64,000 bases of DNA from positions 13,268,001 to 13,332,000 of the forward strand of contig CATNEN010000038.1 in assembly GCA_950097015.1 (NCBI GenBank), in the 5' to 3' direction. Under the pieces are notes generated by a model that saw only the letters and a list, made by a program, of their open reading frames with translations, was not told where the DNA came from and ran no database searches. A program made the translations under genes and the position numbers. Shown here piece after piece: positions 36,596 to 49,323 of this stretch (position 1 is the first letter of the stretch; every line of letters starts with the position of its first letter). Source of the DNA: Macrostomum hystrix. Its lineage: Eukaryota > Animalia > Platyhelminthes.

Positions 36596-39500
36596 CCTGT
36601 GAGCGATGAAACCAGTTTGCGAGCGCTATTAAGTACTCTTTAGATTGAAGCGCTCTTTATATTGGCATTGGTTGTTACCGTGTGTTCCGAATCACGAACG
36701 GGGTGTTGTTTTAGTCCAACCGTTATAGCAATAATCTAAGGTTAAAAATTTTAATTTCTCGGTTTTTAGCTATTTTATAACACCAATACATTGTCATATG
36801 CATTGCCTGCGGACAACTGGTAAGGGCAAAGATGGTGCCTTTTGCCTTTTCCTAGTGAGGCCAACAGGCACCATCTATTGTGTAGTGTACTGCGATACGA
36901 TAAAGACGAGCATGGGCGCTCATTTAATTGTAGAACAACAAATTAAATATATGTCTAAGCTGTCGTTCCTGTAGCTCACAAGAAAGCAGGGCGATAATTG
37001 TTTCGTTGGTAATATTTTTATCGGAACAACAAAGCCGTTTTCTCCCATTTTGTTGTTTTGTTTACTTTAGTTGCCTCGCTAGTTTTTCCCTTTCTCCCCT
37101 CCAGTTTTGTGGCTCTCTCTCAGTCTCCGTAGAGTATCGTCCTCAGCCCCATACAGTAGCAGCGAGTTTATTGCCTGCTAAATCCTATCCTTTCATCCGC
37201 TTTAAATTTTTATAGTTATTCAATTAGCTTTCTTGTTTTTTGTCAGTTTCTGCTATATTATTTATTATACTCTTAATGGCCACTATGGCTAGCTAGTTAT
37301 TGTCCTACAAATATTCCTGTGTGTTTTCTCTTTTGTCAACCGGATGCGATGAAATATTTCACTTCGGTTTCAAGACTGCCCTCTAGCACTGGTTTTCTTG
37401 CACTGCCTAGTTGAACCACTTTCTATACCACAAGATATCGCAATGCAGTCCGTCGTGTACTAATCCCTTTTATCTTTTCGTTCCAGTCTTAGTAGGATGG
37501 CACACAGATCTATTTATTCCGAGGATTTGCCTTTGACGCCTTGTTATTTCTTAGATCGTGTTCAGGTTTGAACTATTTAAACCTTGTCGGAATGCCCAAT
37601 TTTCCTTGTTATTTAGTATAGCTAATTCAGCTTGCAACGTTAAGTTTTCTTTGCGTGACTGCAGTCGCTAGCATTACAATAAGCTTTCTGTAATAGGAAA
37701 GTTGTGAATGCTTTTTCCTGAGTCTGACTATTGGCAAGTATAACTTCTTTTTGCCGGTGGTTACGTAGATTTTTTTCAACTCACAAAAATATTATTTCTT
37801 GTTGTTTACTTAATTTTGGTTCCAAATTTTCGAGATTCCCGGTCTTTATAACCCTATCGACTGCCCGCTGTCTACCATGCGTACGGTTTTTAACATGTGA
37901 ATACAGTAAGTAGTACATTTGCAAAGCCGCGAATATTAACTGTGCGAGCAACGTCTGGCTTGTTTTATAGTTCACTGATTTCTGCAACCCCTCTATTAGT
38001 CTGCCTAACAGCCGTAAATTCTGGACATGGCCTTTCTAACGACAGATTTTGCCTATTTGCAAAAGCAGCTTTTTTCCTCGCCCCGTCTATCTCATTCCTT
38101 TTTATTTCGGTCGGATGAGCTCTGGGATCTGTGCTTGTTTCCTGATTTTTTTGATTCGGTTTGTGTGCGAATTTTTTTTAATATGCATTTTTGCTTTCTT
38201 TTGGGATGTAATAAGGAATTAGGTGTTTAAAGTATGTTAAAGTATGTGCGATTTTTGTTAATGGATAAGCTTGTAACGGAGACAATCTTGGTTAATAACA
38301 GCTATTCGGCACCGATATCACTCACTTTTCAGTTAAACAGTTATCAACCTTTGCTTGTATTGAACTAATTAAAACACAGATTAGTGGAAAAGCTCGTGCA
38401 TTCAACCAGCCCTTATGCAGTTCTGTTGCGACCTTGTGTATCGGTGAAACAAAAATTTGGCACTAGATCCGACTGCTCACGTATTTAACAAATGTGAAAG
38501 AACTTGGGATTTTTAAAGGTACATCCAACCCATTAGCGCTTTTCTAGCCGGTTTCAATTCCCCATACCTCCCTCTCCACCCACTCTGCTGCTTTTTTACT
38601 TTTTGGTTTCTACCTTGTCTACAAAAGGCGAGCTGCGAATGCATTTAAAAACGAATTGTTTTTATTCTACTCGTGGACGATTGCGTTTGCAAAATGCATG
38701 CCGCCGCCGCGCGGACCTTGTCCGATGCAGTCGGCCTTTCTGTGACGTCAGATGAATTCTCGCTTGCTGATTGATTTGTAGGCGCACGTGCAGCCGTGCG
38801 GTTCGGTTACCTTTGCTTGTGTACCACTGCTTATAACTGTATTTGAACGTACGCCTCTAATAATAAACAAGTAAATCTGTTTATTTCCCACACTCTGGTA
38901 CAATATCCTGTCTACTCGGACAAGATACCTTAATTTAAATTCAATAATAAATATATGTTTAAATCGTTAGCAACGGATTTCAATCGTTTGCTTCAAATTT
39001 TTTCAAGATCTATTTATTGCCATCAAAGCTATAATTATTTTTATATTGGAATCTTGCAGAGTAAAACCCGACCAGACACTGAATGCAAATTGCGTATGGC
39101 TAGACGGGCAGGGCTTGAATTCCTTCTAATTATGCTTCACAGCTAGTTATTGTCCCAAATTATTGTCAATTTCTATCGCGTGGTGTGGTTTCCTGTTATT
39201 ACCTGTGTCCCGTAAAATCCCACTTGGATGCTTGCTAATATAAGTAACTCCTAAGCGCATATTTTTGTTGTCTGTTTTCTTGTCGCACCAGCCGGTCTAG
39301 AAAAAGCTTATATACCATAGCCAGTATGGGGCCGTCGACATGCAAACCTATATGTTCGTCGTATGTTATTAAGTCCTTATTATTGTGCTACTGTACTGTG
39401 TTAAAGCCCCGTTAAAAATTTCCTCAAAAAATTAAAAAATAAACATTGGTAAGATCTCCCGTGAGAGAGAGCCCTTAAAACTCAAACGTCTTCGATTTTG

Positions 39501-39840
39501 TCACTTTTTGCTCGCTTCTAAGAATTAGGTATATAGTTCGTTGTTTTTAGGTTTGACTATAACTGCCGGCGTAATTATAATGCGTAATTATGTCGTTTCC
39601 ATAAAAGACAATCAGAAAGATAGTTATTATAGAATTCCGTTAAAACTCTTAATAACATTAACTATAACTGGCCAGCATTTTATCTATTTTTTCTTTCAAC
39701 TTTTGTATTTCTTAGAATAAGCTTATATTCATAAAAACTTTGTGGTTAACGTATCACAACATTCATTGTCACTTTAGATTCAGAATGCGTTGATAAATAT
39801 TGTGTTTTACATATATGGCTGAATGGTACCTATTAATTTG

Positions 39841-40356
39841 CTATCCTTCTTCGACGTGCTCGGCTTCCAGTTTTCCCTCCACTCTGTTGAGTCGCTCATC
39901 CATTTCCGCCTCCCATGTTCGAAACTCGGCTCGCCTCTTGGCCACCGATTCGCGCTGACTCACTATCCGCTGCCGGTTGACCGCAAGCTCATCGTCATCA
40001 TCCTCTGTCGACTCTTTCAGATTAAACTGTTGCGTTGTCTGCTCGTCCTCCTGAGGTTTCATTACCTCGTCAGATAGTTGACGCTCTTCGTTTGGCTGTT
40101 GCTGCTGCTGCACTTCATCAAACTGTGTGTGCTCAGTCTCCATGTCGATCAGTATATATTTTTTTTGATTATCCTCTGGGCCTGCTGCTGATGTCGCTGT
40201 TGCCTTTTGACCGTCAGTGCGTCCTCTCTTGCTAATTGATGCCCTTTGCGTTGCCTGTGGCTTGCACTCTGTCGGGCTGCTACCGGCATCCATTGTCCCA
40301 ACTTCGTTTGCATAGCGCCTCGGGGGTCTTATCATTTCGCCAGCTGTCCTTGCCAA
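39841..40356 (-). CDS. Hypothetical ~165-170-aa charged protein (acidic/Gln-rich middle, coiled-coil-like C-terminus); may be a terminal exon
   Basis: Open frame with protein-like composition, preceded on the minus strand by ...ATAATAG (possible acceptor). First ATG is near 40335. Confidence 0.45.
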   Translation of the reverse strand: MARTAGEMIRPPRRYANEVGTMDAGSSPTECKPQATQRASISKRGRTDGQKATATSAAGPEDNQKKYILIDMETEHTQFDEVQQQQQPNEERQLSDEVMKPQEDEQTTQQFNLKESTEDDDDELAVNRQRIVSQRESVAKRRAEFRTWEAEMDERLNRVEGKLEAEHVEEG

Positions 40357-41165
40357 CTATTATCAGCAGTTTTAAGTTTTAGAAACGAGTATGCCTCGTG
40401 TGTGTATTTCACACTGAGCGAGCTTCTGAGAATGTGCGTAAATTCGAGTTTTTAGTATCAAACTTGTCACTTGCAGTATGTCACTATGCCGGTGTTTGCT
40501 GTAGCTTAGCTGCTGTTTAATAGGCGCTCAAGAAGTCAGCGGGTCTGTCTGCCAAATTTATTTTCCACATCATCTAGCCTTTTCTCTGCTATTGTCCAAT
40601 TTCGCCGCTAACCTGCTTCTCTTACCCCCTTCAGAATGTGCCATTGAATTGCGATACAATACTGTGGGTGAGCCAACTCTTTAGGCAGAAGACTGCGCTG
40701 GATTCCAAGTGTTTATTTGAGGTCTATTTTTCCCGAATTCTCCATTGTACTTAACACACGTTGATCCCGCTCACAGGCATTCCATCATCCTGTCTGTCCA
40801 TTGTTGACTGGCCTGTAGGGCTCTCTCGCGTCATCGTTTACTCATGGTTGCTATGCTGATCATCGCTGCTATCCTGCCTTAGATCCTTCGATGCGATAAA
40901 CATTATTTTTTAATATTGTAACTGAATTGCTTATCAAAGTACAAAGCGCGTACCACAGTGAACAGATATAATTAGGGCTTGAATATTTTTTCTTATCAAT
41001 CGCTAGGGTCCTTAATACTTTTATTATAAGCTAAAACGCAATAGTTTAATTCTATAGAACTGGCGAGGCAATTACGAGCTAGTTATAAATTCAGTTACTA
41101 ATAATATGACTCAATCGCAGTGTTGACACTCCTAAAACCAAACCGTTGCAGAAATAGCCTTCATC

Positions 41166-41756
41166 ATGCCGCAGGGCAAGAATTCGAAAATTATGGCCCA
41201 TATCAACTATCGGATGCGGTGCACCCTACAGGATGGCCGGGTTTTCATTGGCACTTTTCTGGCCTTTGATCGGCACATGAATCTAGTGCTCGCCGACTGT
41301 GAGGAATTTCGCACTGTTAAAGCCAAATCTGACAAGGCCGAACGAGAGGAGAAGCGAGCCCTCGGTCTTGTACTGCTGCGTGGAGAGCACCTCGTCTCAA
41401 TGTCTGTCGCCGGCCCTCCACCCCAGGACGAAGTCGGCAAAGTGCCGATTCCACAAGCCACCGCCGCCAGCGTCAGTGGCATCGGCATTGGCCGCGCTGC
41501 CGGCCGCGGCGCTCCGCCTGCAGCTGCGGCTCCGGCGCCCGGATTGGCCGGACCAGCACGCGGCGTTGGCGGGCCTGCACCGGCGATGATGCAGCCGCGG
41601 CCGCCAGCCATGCCGCCAATGGGAATGCGGCCGCCACCTGGAATCGGTAGCGGAATTCCACCGCCAATGCCGCCTGCTGGCTTCGGACGTGGCGCTCCTC
41701 CTGGCTTTCCACCTGTGCCGCCACCTCCCGGAGGATTCCAGACTGGCCCACGTTGA
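41166..41756 (+). CDS. SNRPB: Small nuclear ribonucleoprotein Sm B/B'
   Basis: Sm fold [46 protein letters not shown]...[21 protein letters not shown], followed by GRG and PPPG-rich tail. The CDS is intronless. Confidence 0.97.
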   Translation: MPQGKNSKIMAHINYRMRCTLQDGRVFIGTFLAFDRHMNLVLADCEEFRTVKAKSDKAEREEKRALGLVLLRGEHLVSMSVAGPPPQDEVGKVPIPQATAASVSGIGIGRAAGRGAPPAAAAPAPGLAGPARGVGGPAPAMMQPRPPAMPPMGMRPPPGIGSGIPPPMPPAGFGRGAPPGFPPVPPPPGGFQTGPR

Positions 41757-43295
41757 TAGACACGCAGTAGTTTTGACAGACTATTTGCTGAACTGTCCCT
41801 TTGCTAGTTTGTGTTGTCTTTTTCAGACTTGAAGGCTCGCTTTATGTGAATAATTAGTTTTAATAACATTTGGGCTAAAAGTACACAATGAAGCTCCCAG
41901 TAAGATACAAACACTTTACACTTCGCATTTTCAATCATCTAGATAATCTCTCCCTCACTCCGCTGCTCGTTTTACTCATTTCGTTTGAATGGGCTATCAA
42001 ATTTCAAGCGCAGTTTTATTGTAACTTCTTACGTACACGATAAATTCTGCTTCAGTTAGCTTTCAGTTATACGAGCGTATTCTACAAGTTGGCAAGTGGT
42101 CTTGGTATGATTTCGTGGACTTAAAGTTCCTACTTATTTGGGACTTCATGGTACTAGCGGATTAATCGGGCAAAAGTAAACGCTTAAACTTTTTTGTGAG
42201 GAGTACGTGCTATTCTATTTTTAATTTTAATTTGTAATTTTACGTAAGCGATGTGTCATTCGGATATCGCTTTGCAATGATGCCATAGTTCCTCTTATGC
42301 GAAAGTTGCAGTTGCCACTTATTATTCAGTTCTCTGTTTTGTTTTGATGATGATTTTCTAACTGGCTGCTTGCACACTGTCCCCCCACTCATCTCAGTGT
42401 CGCAAATGTGAGTCATTCAGTCGGTTGAAATCAAACTATTGAAATTTAAGCTTACGCAATTTATTCTCTATTTACTTTCCACATATACTATTTATATTAT
42501 ATTTTCCAGTATATAAAAACTTAAAATTTTGCATCGATTGTGCTACAGTGCGTGCTCTGTGCAAGCGGTATCTTAGTTTTGCACTCTTCAAAATTTTATT
42601 GATGGTAACACTTTTGTTTTTGTTCAATAATTTTAGAAAGTAAGGTGGCTGCTACTTAGTAAAATGAATTCGCGTGTATCCCTAATTATTATCATATGTT
42701 ATTTAAAATAATACTTTCTGCATGATAAGTAATATGCGAGAAGTTGTTTTAATAAAATAACTTTCTAAGCAGAACTGCAACTCAGCAACGTAGTTACTTT
42801 GGATAAAAAATAGGCTCTTTCGAACTTACTTCATTTCATTTATTTTTTAATTGCTCAGGTACAAAGCAACGATTAGTTCGTCGACGATTAGTTCTAGGAG
42901 ATCTGGATGCACAATGTTTGTATCTTAGTTTTAGAAGCTTTTGATAGAATAGGTTATTACCCTTAAATGTGTATAACGCACATTAAAATCCCATTGATTC
43001 CAGTTACCTTGTAAATTCTATGCCTTACTTTAATAAGTCTAGAAATGCGTAAATCAGAAGCCGCCTTTGCTCAAGAGTCAGGCTTTCTACCATAGAACAT
43101 TACTCTGATAATAATTGTGTCCCTATAAACTTAAAAATCTTTAATTTTTACCTGTACTTGTTTCTCGGGACATAGACAAGATAATGTCTTAAAAATATGC
43201 ATCCCGGTTTTAAATATGCGAAAAATGAGTTCTAACGTTTTATATAAAGCCTGACGTGCTGCTTATAGCATTTGAAATCAAGTCGAAAAGAAATT

Positions 43296-44048
43296 ATGAA
43301 TGTCAGTCTATCCGAGTCTTCGGCCTACAAGCTATGGAAGAGCCTGACTTTCATGTGCGATAATTCACACAAAATTCCTAGACAAGCCGTGTGCAACTTC
43401 TTCGTGAGGTATATGACAGCCAACCCCCAGTTCGCTAAGCACCAAGGCGGCAAGATCTGCTTGTCATGGAAAGTGATGATAAAGATCAACCTCACTGAGC
43501 TCATTGTACACCTAGTGACGAAAAATAGTCACAGCGAAGTAGTGGACGAGGCAAAATTTCACATGCTGTGGCAACTCATGCACCTGGAAAACATGACTGT
43601 ATTCTTCGAGAAGGTTATCGAACTAATTGACGATTTGGCACCTCTTAATGAGTACTCATTGTCCAGTAGGAGCATGTTCATAGCTCTCTCCTGTATTGTG
43701 AAGCCCAGCTACTGTTCGGTAATCGATTTTCTTCACTACGTCTGCTACTTTTACTGTGGAACATCGCCGGGTTTTTTACACAAGCATGAAGTATTTTTGC
43801 TACTTCAAGATATCTGCCGCGACTGGGGCACTATTTTCGACAGGATATTCAGCTTCTGCGAGGTTCACAGCCAGGGTACTGTCACTATGCAATTTATTAA
43901 ATCCCGCTGCCCAATGCTGCCGATGGACGACTCGCAAAATGTTCTTTTTATTCGTTCCGATTCTGTGACAAGGGAATCTTTTTGCGAATACTTGCGTCAG
44001 AAAATCCCTTGTGTCTTCTGTGCTTGTAAGATGGAAATATCTGTCTGA
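43296..44048 (+). CDS. Hypothetical 250-aa protein, intronless, Cys-rich C-terminus
   Basis: Long ORF with ATG at 43296 and globular composition in AT-rich flanks. No family confidently recognised. Confidence 0.65.
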   Translation: MNVSLSESSAYKLWKSLTFMCDNSHKIPRQAVCNFFVRYMTANPQFAKHQGGKICLSWKVMIKINLTELIVHLVTKNSHSEVVDEAKFHMLWQLMHLENMTVFFEKVIELIDDLAPLNEYSLSSRSMFIALSCIVKPSYCSVIDFLHYVCYFYCGTSPGFLHKHEVFLLLQDICRDWGTIFDRIFSFCEVHSQGTVTMQFIKSRCPMLPMDDSQNVLFIRSDSVTRESFCEYLRQKIPCVFCACKMEISV

Positions 44049-44631
44049 TAAGATTCCTGCCACGGACTTTGACGCTGCTGTCTGTCTGTAGCGCAAGAAG
44101 TTTAAGTGTTGCTTTTTTTTCTGAAAAGTTAATTCAGTAAATTAAAATAAATGTTATCAAACGTACTTTCTCTAACAAGATTGTAGGTTTAGTGTGGATA
44201 ATCGTCTATTTCCTGATAATTTTTAGCTTGGAATTTTGCTGTTTCTTCAATTGAGCACAAGAGCGTTTAAAAATACTTTGTCTTGGGTAAACAGACCTTG
44301 ACTACAGATAAGGCTAATTTAGAATGTTATATTTTATTCTAAATTGAAGTTTATTTTCTAAATTCTAAATTTAGAAACTCAGCGCCCAGAAACGTAAAAA
44401 ATAAACAAAATAAGTTTTGGTTTTACAGGGTTTTACATTATTATTAAATCTAAGCAATCATTTATTTTAAATGTTAGAACTGACTCAGCCACGTTTTTAT
44501 GAACGACATCTAAACTTGATATTTCCCAACGTTTTGCTTGTTGCTTGTCTTGAAAATAGTAGTGTAAGGTAAAGTTAATTAAATGTAATACATTCCGTTC
44601 GATTAAAAAGCTAACGGACTACTGCTTTCAG

Positions 44632-46028
44632 ATGACCACCAGCCGGCATCTGGCCTCTCGTTTGTACCGGTTCCCTGCTCAGCCACTGCCTCAAGATGCG
44701 GCCAGCCGCAGCCACAGGCATCTAGTTGGTTCTGGCTGTCTTCGCGCCGGCTCAGCGCCTGGAACATTCGCTCTGTGCCCGCTGCTTAGTCGCAGTCTTG
44801 ATAAGCTTGTCAGCCTGGTGCACCGCAGCATGAATAGTCTGGGCGCCCAACGGCTCGCCATGCCGATGCTTGGTGCTGCCGCTCTCTGGCAGAAAACTGG
44901 GCGCTGGGATGAGATGGGCTCGGAGATGTTCCGCCTAACGGATCGTGAGAACAGGCGCCTTTGCTTGCAGCCCACTCATGAGGAGGAAATAACTCGTCTG
45001 GTTGCCATGGCAGCGCGCTTGCCTAAGCGGTCGCTGCCTCTGCTACTTTATCAGCTGCACTGGAAGTTTCGCGACGAGCCACGACCGAAGCACGGCCTCC
45101 TGCGTGCTAGGGAGTTTCTCATGAAAGACCTGTACAGTTTCCACGGTGACGAGGATTGTGCTAGAAGGACTTACGATCAGGTATGAGTAGCTGTGGGTTC
45201 CATTTGAAAACAGTGCCGTAACGCACTGCCCTCTTACCTGCCCAGGTGATCGATTCCTACTCCGATCTTCTCGGCAAAACACTCGGACTGCCGTGGACAC
45301 GCGCAGCGGCCTCCTCTGGTCGAATGGGCGGCGCCGAGTCCTGTGAATTTCACATCCTCACAGAGCCTGGCGAAGACCGGCTGGTGCGCTGCTTCGACTG
45401 CAACGAGCCCTGTCGTAACACTGAGGACCTCACCACCTCACCGCTACCTAAATGTCAGAGCCCAACAGCCTGTCGCGCTGAGTCCTTGACCGGCCTGGAG
45501 GTAGGTCACTGCTTCCTGTTGGGCTCGGACCGTTACCCAGCCGCTTTTGACCTTCGCCTGGCCGACGACGATCAACGCCACCACCTAACCATGGCCTGCT
45601 ATGGCATTGGCGTGAGCCGCCTCCTAGCCGCCTGTGCAGAGGTTTCATCGACAGATTCCGCACTGCGTTGGCCGCTGTTAGTGGCGCCTTACCAACTAGC
45701 TGTTGTGTCACCTAAGACCGGTGCTCGAGAGGCTCGCCTGTCCTCTGAGCTGATGTCCGAACTCTTGCGCGCCCTAGAAATAGACGAAGACCCGCTGATC
45801 GATGACCGTGACCAGCTAACTATCGGAATGCGGATTCGCAATCACCGTTTATGGGGTCTGCCTTGCAGCCTTGTGGTAAAGGCCGCCCCCGGCTCTGAGA
45901 GTGGCAGCATCAGCTGTGAGTTTGTTGACAACTATCGGCCTGGCCGCGCTTCTGAGAAGGCGACTGTTGCCTCCGCTGCTGAAGCTGCAGTGTTAGCGCA
46001 GAATTTTCTTAAGTCCATTACCCTGTAA
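44632..46028 (+). CDS. PARS2: Mitochondrial (bacterial-type) prolyl-tRNA synthetase; exons 44632-45180 and 45246-46028 (443 aa)
   Basis: LWQKTGRWDEMGSEMF, LQPTHEE, LPLLLYQ, KFRDEPRPKHGLLRAREFLMKDLYSF, EVGHCFLLG, MACYGIGVSRL and WPLLVAPYQ. The 65-nt GT-AG intron is phase 0. Confidence 0.95.
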
Positions 46029-46911
46029 AGCTTGGGTACCACCATTTTTTGTACTGTGGCATCGAAATTAGGTGTGGTATAGGTATAGAAATCTGAATTG
46101 TTCGTGCTTTCTTAGTCGTTCAACAGTGCTATAACAGCGCTGTATTAGTGCCGTTCAAGGGGGCGAGTGATTGCACTTGTAATTACTTGTAATTATTTTG
46201 TTATCAGCTATTGAAACTTTCCTGCCTTAGGGAAATCAAATTGCAGCGCACACTACTTTATGTTTTTGTATTTTTACGTTTCTTGCCTCCCCGTTGCTGA
46301 AAATTAACCAACTTTTGAATAATGAAGTGGGTATTAAAAAGAATAACGCAAAAAGTTAAAATTGCACAATCGAATTTATTCTGTGACTTTATATATTAGT
46401 GTCCTAAAGCTCGTTTGTGTTTCTAAATGCAGTTATTACTCATATTTTTCCACGACTTCGTTTTTATTTTACGGCAACAATCTACAAGATTTGCATTGCA
46501 ATCTTTAACTAATGGCTTATTGAGCTGCCGAGCACTCTCGGTCAGAGTGCTAATGATAAGTTCTAAAGATAAGTTTTTACTCTTTAGAAAACTAAAATAC
46601 AATCTGGTTTGGAACAGTGCTAGCTGTTTGTCAGCATCAGCTCGTAAATTACCATAAGATATCTGAATTTCGCGCCTCTTTTTGCATTTCCTTTTCTTGT
46701 CCCCCTTTATTAGAGAATAGCTCTAATAGGTTCCTTTTTTATAAAAAGCCATATGCCTAGATGTTGCCCACACATTAGATTCTGAAATCAGTGCTCCTTT
46801 CCCGTCATATGCTTAATTTAAAGCATTATAGCGCCTCATCCGATCCGATACGTGTTCCAGCCGTGTCAAAGTACTACATGCTTGAACTCATTCTCTTTTG
46901 AAATCATTGGC

Positions 46912-49323
46912 ATGACTAGAGATTCGACTCAGCATCAGGCACCGACCGATGAAAATGACCAACAGCAAGAGGTAGACAATGAGAGCATAGTCTACTATGA
47001 GATTGAGCTGCCCATCTGGTTGCTGTCACTCATGGCCATCTGGTTTGGAACAGTGCTAGCTGTTTGCTACTTATACCTTCTGGAGTACAACCATTGGGCT
47101 GATATGCGAACTGCATTCGGTGTGGAGATGCACAGTGATGATCACGCCAATCCGCCTATGCGCAGCTTGCGAGTGTCATCTGCCCAGTTGACTGCAAAGC
47201 TAGGCCCTTACAATAGTCGTTTATTTGCTCTGCTGGACAGGGACGGCAACGGTCTGATCTCCATAGCCGAGTACGAAGCGTTGGTGCATCACGTGCGTAT
47301 GGACACCCGGCATCCCATTGTGCTGCAGGCTACCACCAACTCGCTGTATCCTAGAGGCACAGAATGCGGTCTACCCACTGATAAGTAAGTACAGTGCAGA
47401 AAATCAATATACAATGAGTATCTTATTTTCCAAAATCTGAAAATATAACTCGTAAACCTACACAGCTTGAATTAATTCGGTGCTTAAAGAGTAAAGAGTA
47501 AAAAGACTAAATTGCTTGGCTGCGTATTATTTCCCTTCTTGTTTGCTTAGCTTCCTTGTTTACTTTCTCCTTTCTCTCATGCTTCGAAACCGTCAGCCGC
47601 GCATGCGTCCGCCTGAGCTACCGTCTGACTCCTATACCGGTTGCAGAAACCGACAAGGATATTCAAAGGCCGTCTTCTGTAGAAGTACCAGCTCTGCCCA
47701 GCTATATTCGCTACGATCCTTTCAACAACAACCTGTCTGTGGTAGCTCATATCGGTCAGTGTGCCAATCTAGCCCTGAAAGAAACTGCAGCTGCCCTTGC
47801 TAACTTCGCAGCCAACGGGACTGTAGACATGACCGTAGCTATTGACTCCATCACCTTAGCAACGGCTTTCCTGCCTCGCCTGCCGCAGCAGTTGGACCAA
47901 TTAAGAATTGGCGAGCCCTACACTCTAATTGGACCCACCCCTAACGGCTTGGAGCTTTTTCTCTTTAAGCAGCGCCGAATGAATCCAGGTGTTTACTTTG
48001 AGCCTGGCGAGGCTGCCCTGGCGACGCTGCTCCGCCCGCTCCATCCCAACGTTTTCTTGTATCCGCGCCACGGTTCCAATCATGACTCAGCGGCTGCAGT
48101 GGTTCGAGCTGAGTCACCAACTCACCTGGAGCTAGCATTTCGACTGCACCCAGAGCTTCAGCTGGCAGCATTCGGTGCTCAGCGCAGTGTCTATTTGACG
48201 CCGGAAGGTCTGGAAGGCCGCCTGATTATACAACGGGATGGCGGGCAAGTTGAACACCTAGAAATCGGCCTGCCCAAGTCTGCGGATGATAGCGGTAGCG
48301 GCTTCTACCATGTGGAGTCGCCGCACGACATCCTGGAGACTGGCTTCGTCTCTTTACCTCAACTGAGTATCCGGTCTGTCAGGCAGTCCGACAGCTTATT
48401 CAGCAACTGGACTGCCCAGTTGCCAATGTCAGCTGCTATTGCCTCCTTGCGGTCGCACATGCTGCCCCACTTAGCTGCTCATTTTCACGCCAACCTAAGT
48501 TCTGCTTTGGACACCAACCGCAAATATGATGCTAAGCCGATTCACGTTGTGCTGGCCATTGGCAGCTCCCAGTTTGGCTGCGATCCTAACTGCAGGGCGC
48601 TGAGAGACTTAGCATTCACTGATCAATACGTCATGCTCAGGCTAAGGTGAGTTAACAATTGGTTTGCTCATCGGTTACTTGTTAATTCTACATTAATGCA
48701 TTCTGATTATGAGCTGTGTACTGGCAGTCTAGTGATTTGATTCGAGTGTACTCGTATTTTCACAGACAAATAAAACAATATATTGACGTGATGCCTAGGA
48801 ATATCTAAATCAAAAACTTCAAAATTAGTTAATAGCTACTAGACTAAACACTTGGTGGACCTTTTTATATATTTCAAATAAGAATCATATGAATGATGCC
48901 AGGCATTACTACACCAACGTGTGGATCAGCTTTGCGGACACAGCCGCTCTAAGTGAATTTAGTATGCTAACAGGTGCTGCCATCATGGAGCAGCCACTTG
49001 CTGTGCCACCCCTAACCTGCCTGCTGCTTCACCCGGAGACTCTGCGCCCTCTGGCCAGCTATCAACCGACCGACCTGCGCAAGGCGCTCCTCCCACCGGA
49101 AGGCCTACCAAATCCACTTCCGCCAACTCCTGAAGCTTTGGCCGCGGGAGCTGGGTTGCACCATTCTCGTCGCTTTGGCAACGTAAAGCTGGCCCCAGAA
49201 GACCATGAGATGCCGCCTGAAGACCCTGAGATTCACTTTCAGCAAGAGCAGAAGGCAATGAATGCAATCAGGGTGCAGGTGGCCGACTCGTACATGCAGT
49301 TCCTGATGAGTGGCAAGATGTGA
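46912..49323 (+). CDS. Selenoprotein N-like membrane/EF-hand/thioredoxin-fold protein without selenocysteine; exons 46912-47384, 47597-48646, 48903-49323 (647 aa)
   Basis: N-terminal TM helix and EF-hand DRDGNGLISIAE. AFLP, LHPNVFLYPR, FRLHPELQL, LTPEGLEGRLII and KPIHVVL..G..CDPNCRALR are colinear with SELENON motifs (FHPRPF, FRIHAEFQL, KLVHSILLWG..SCUGSGRTLR). Both phase-2 introns are GT-AG. Confidence 0.75.

Noticed and set aside
47516-47803. Acceptor at 47550 for SelN-like exon 2
   Set aside because: It leads into a frame that stops at 47803. The acceptor ending at 47596 keeps the conserved frame.
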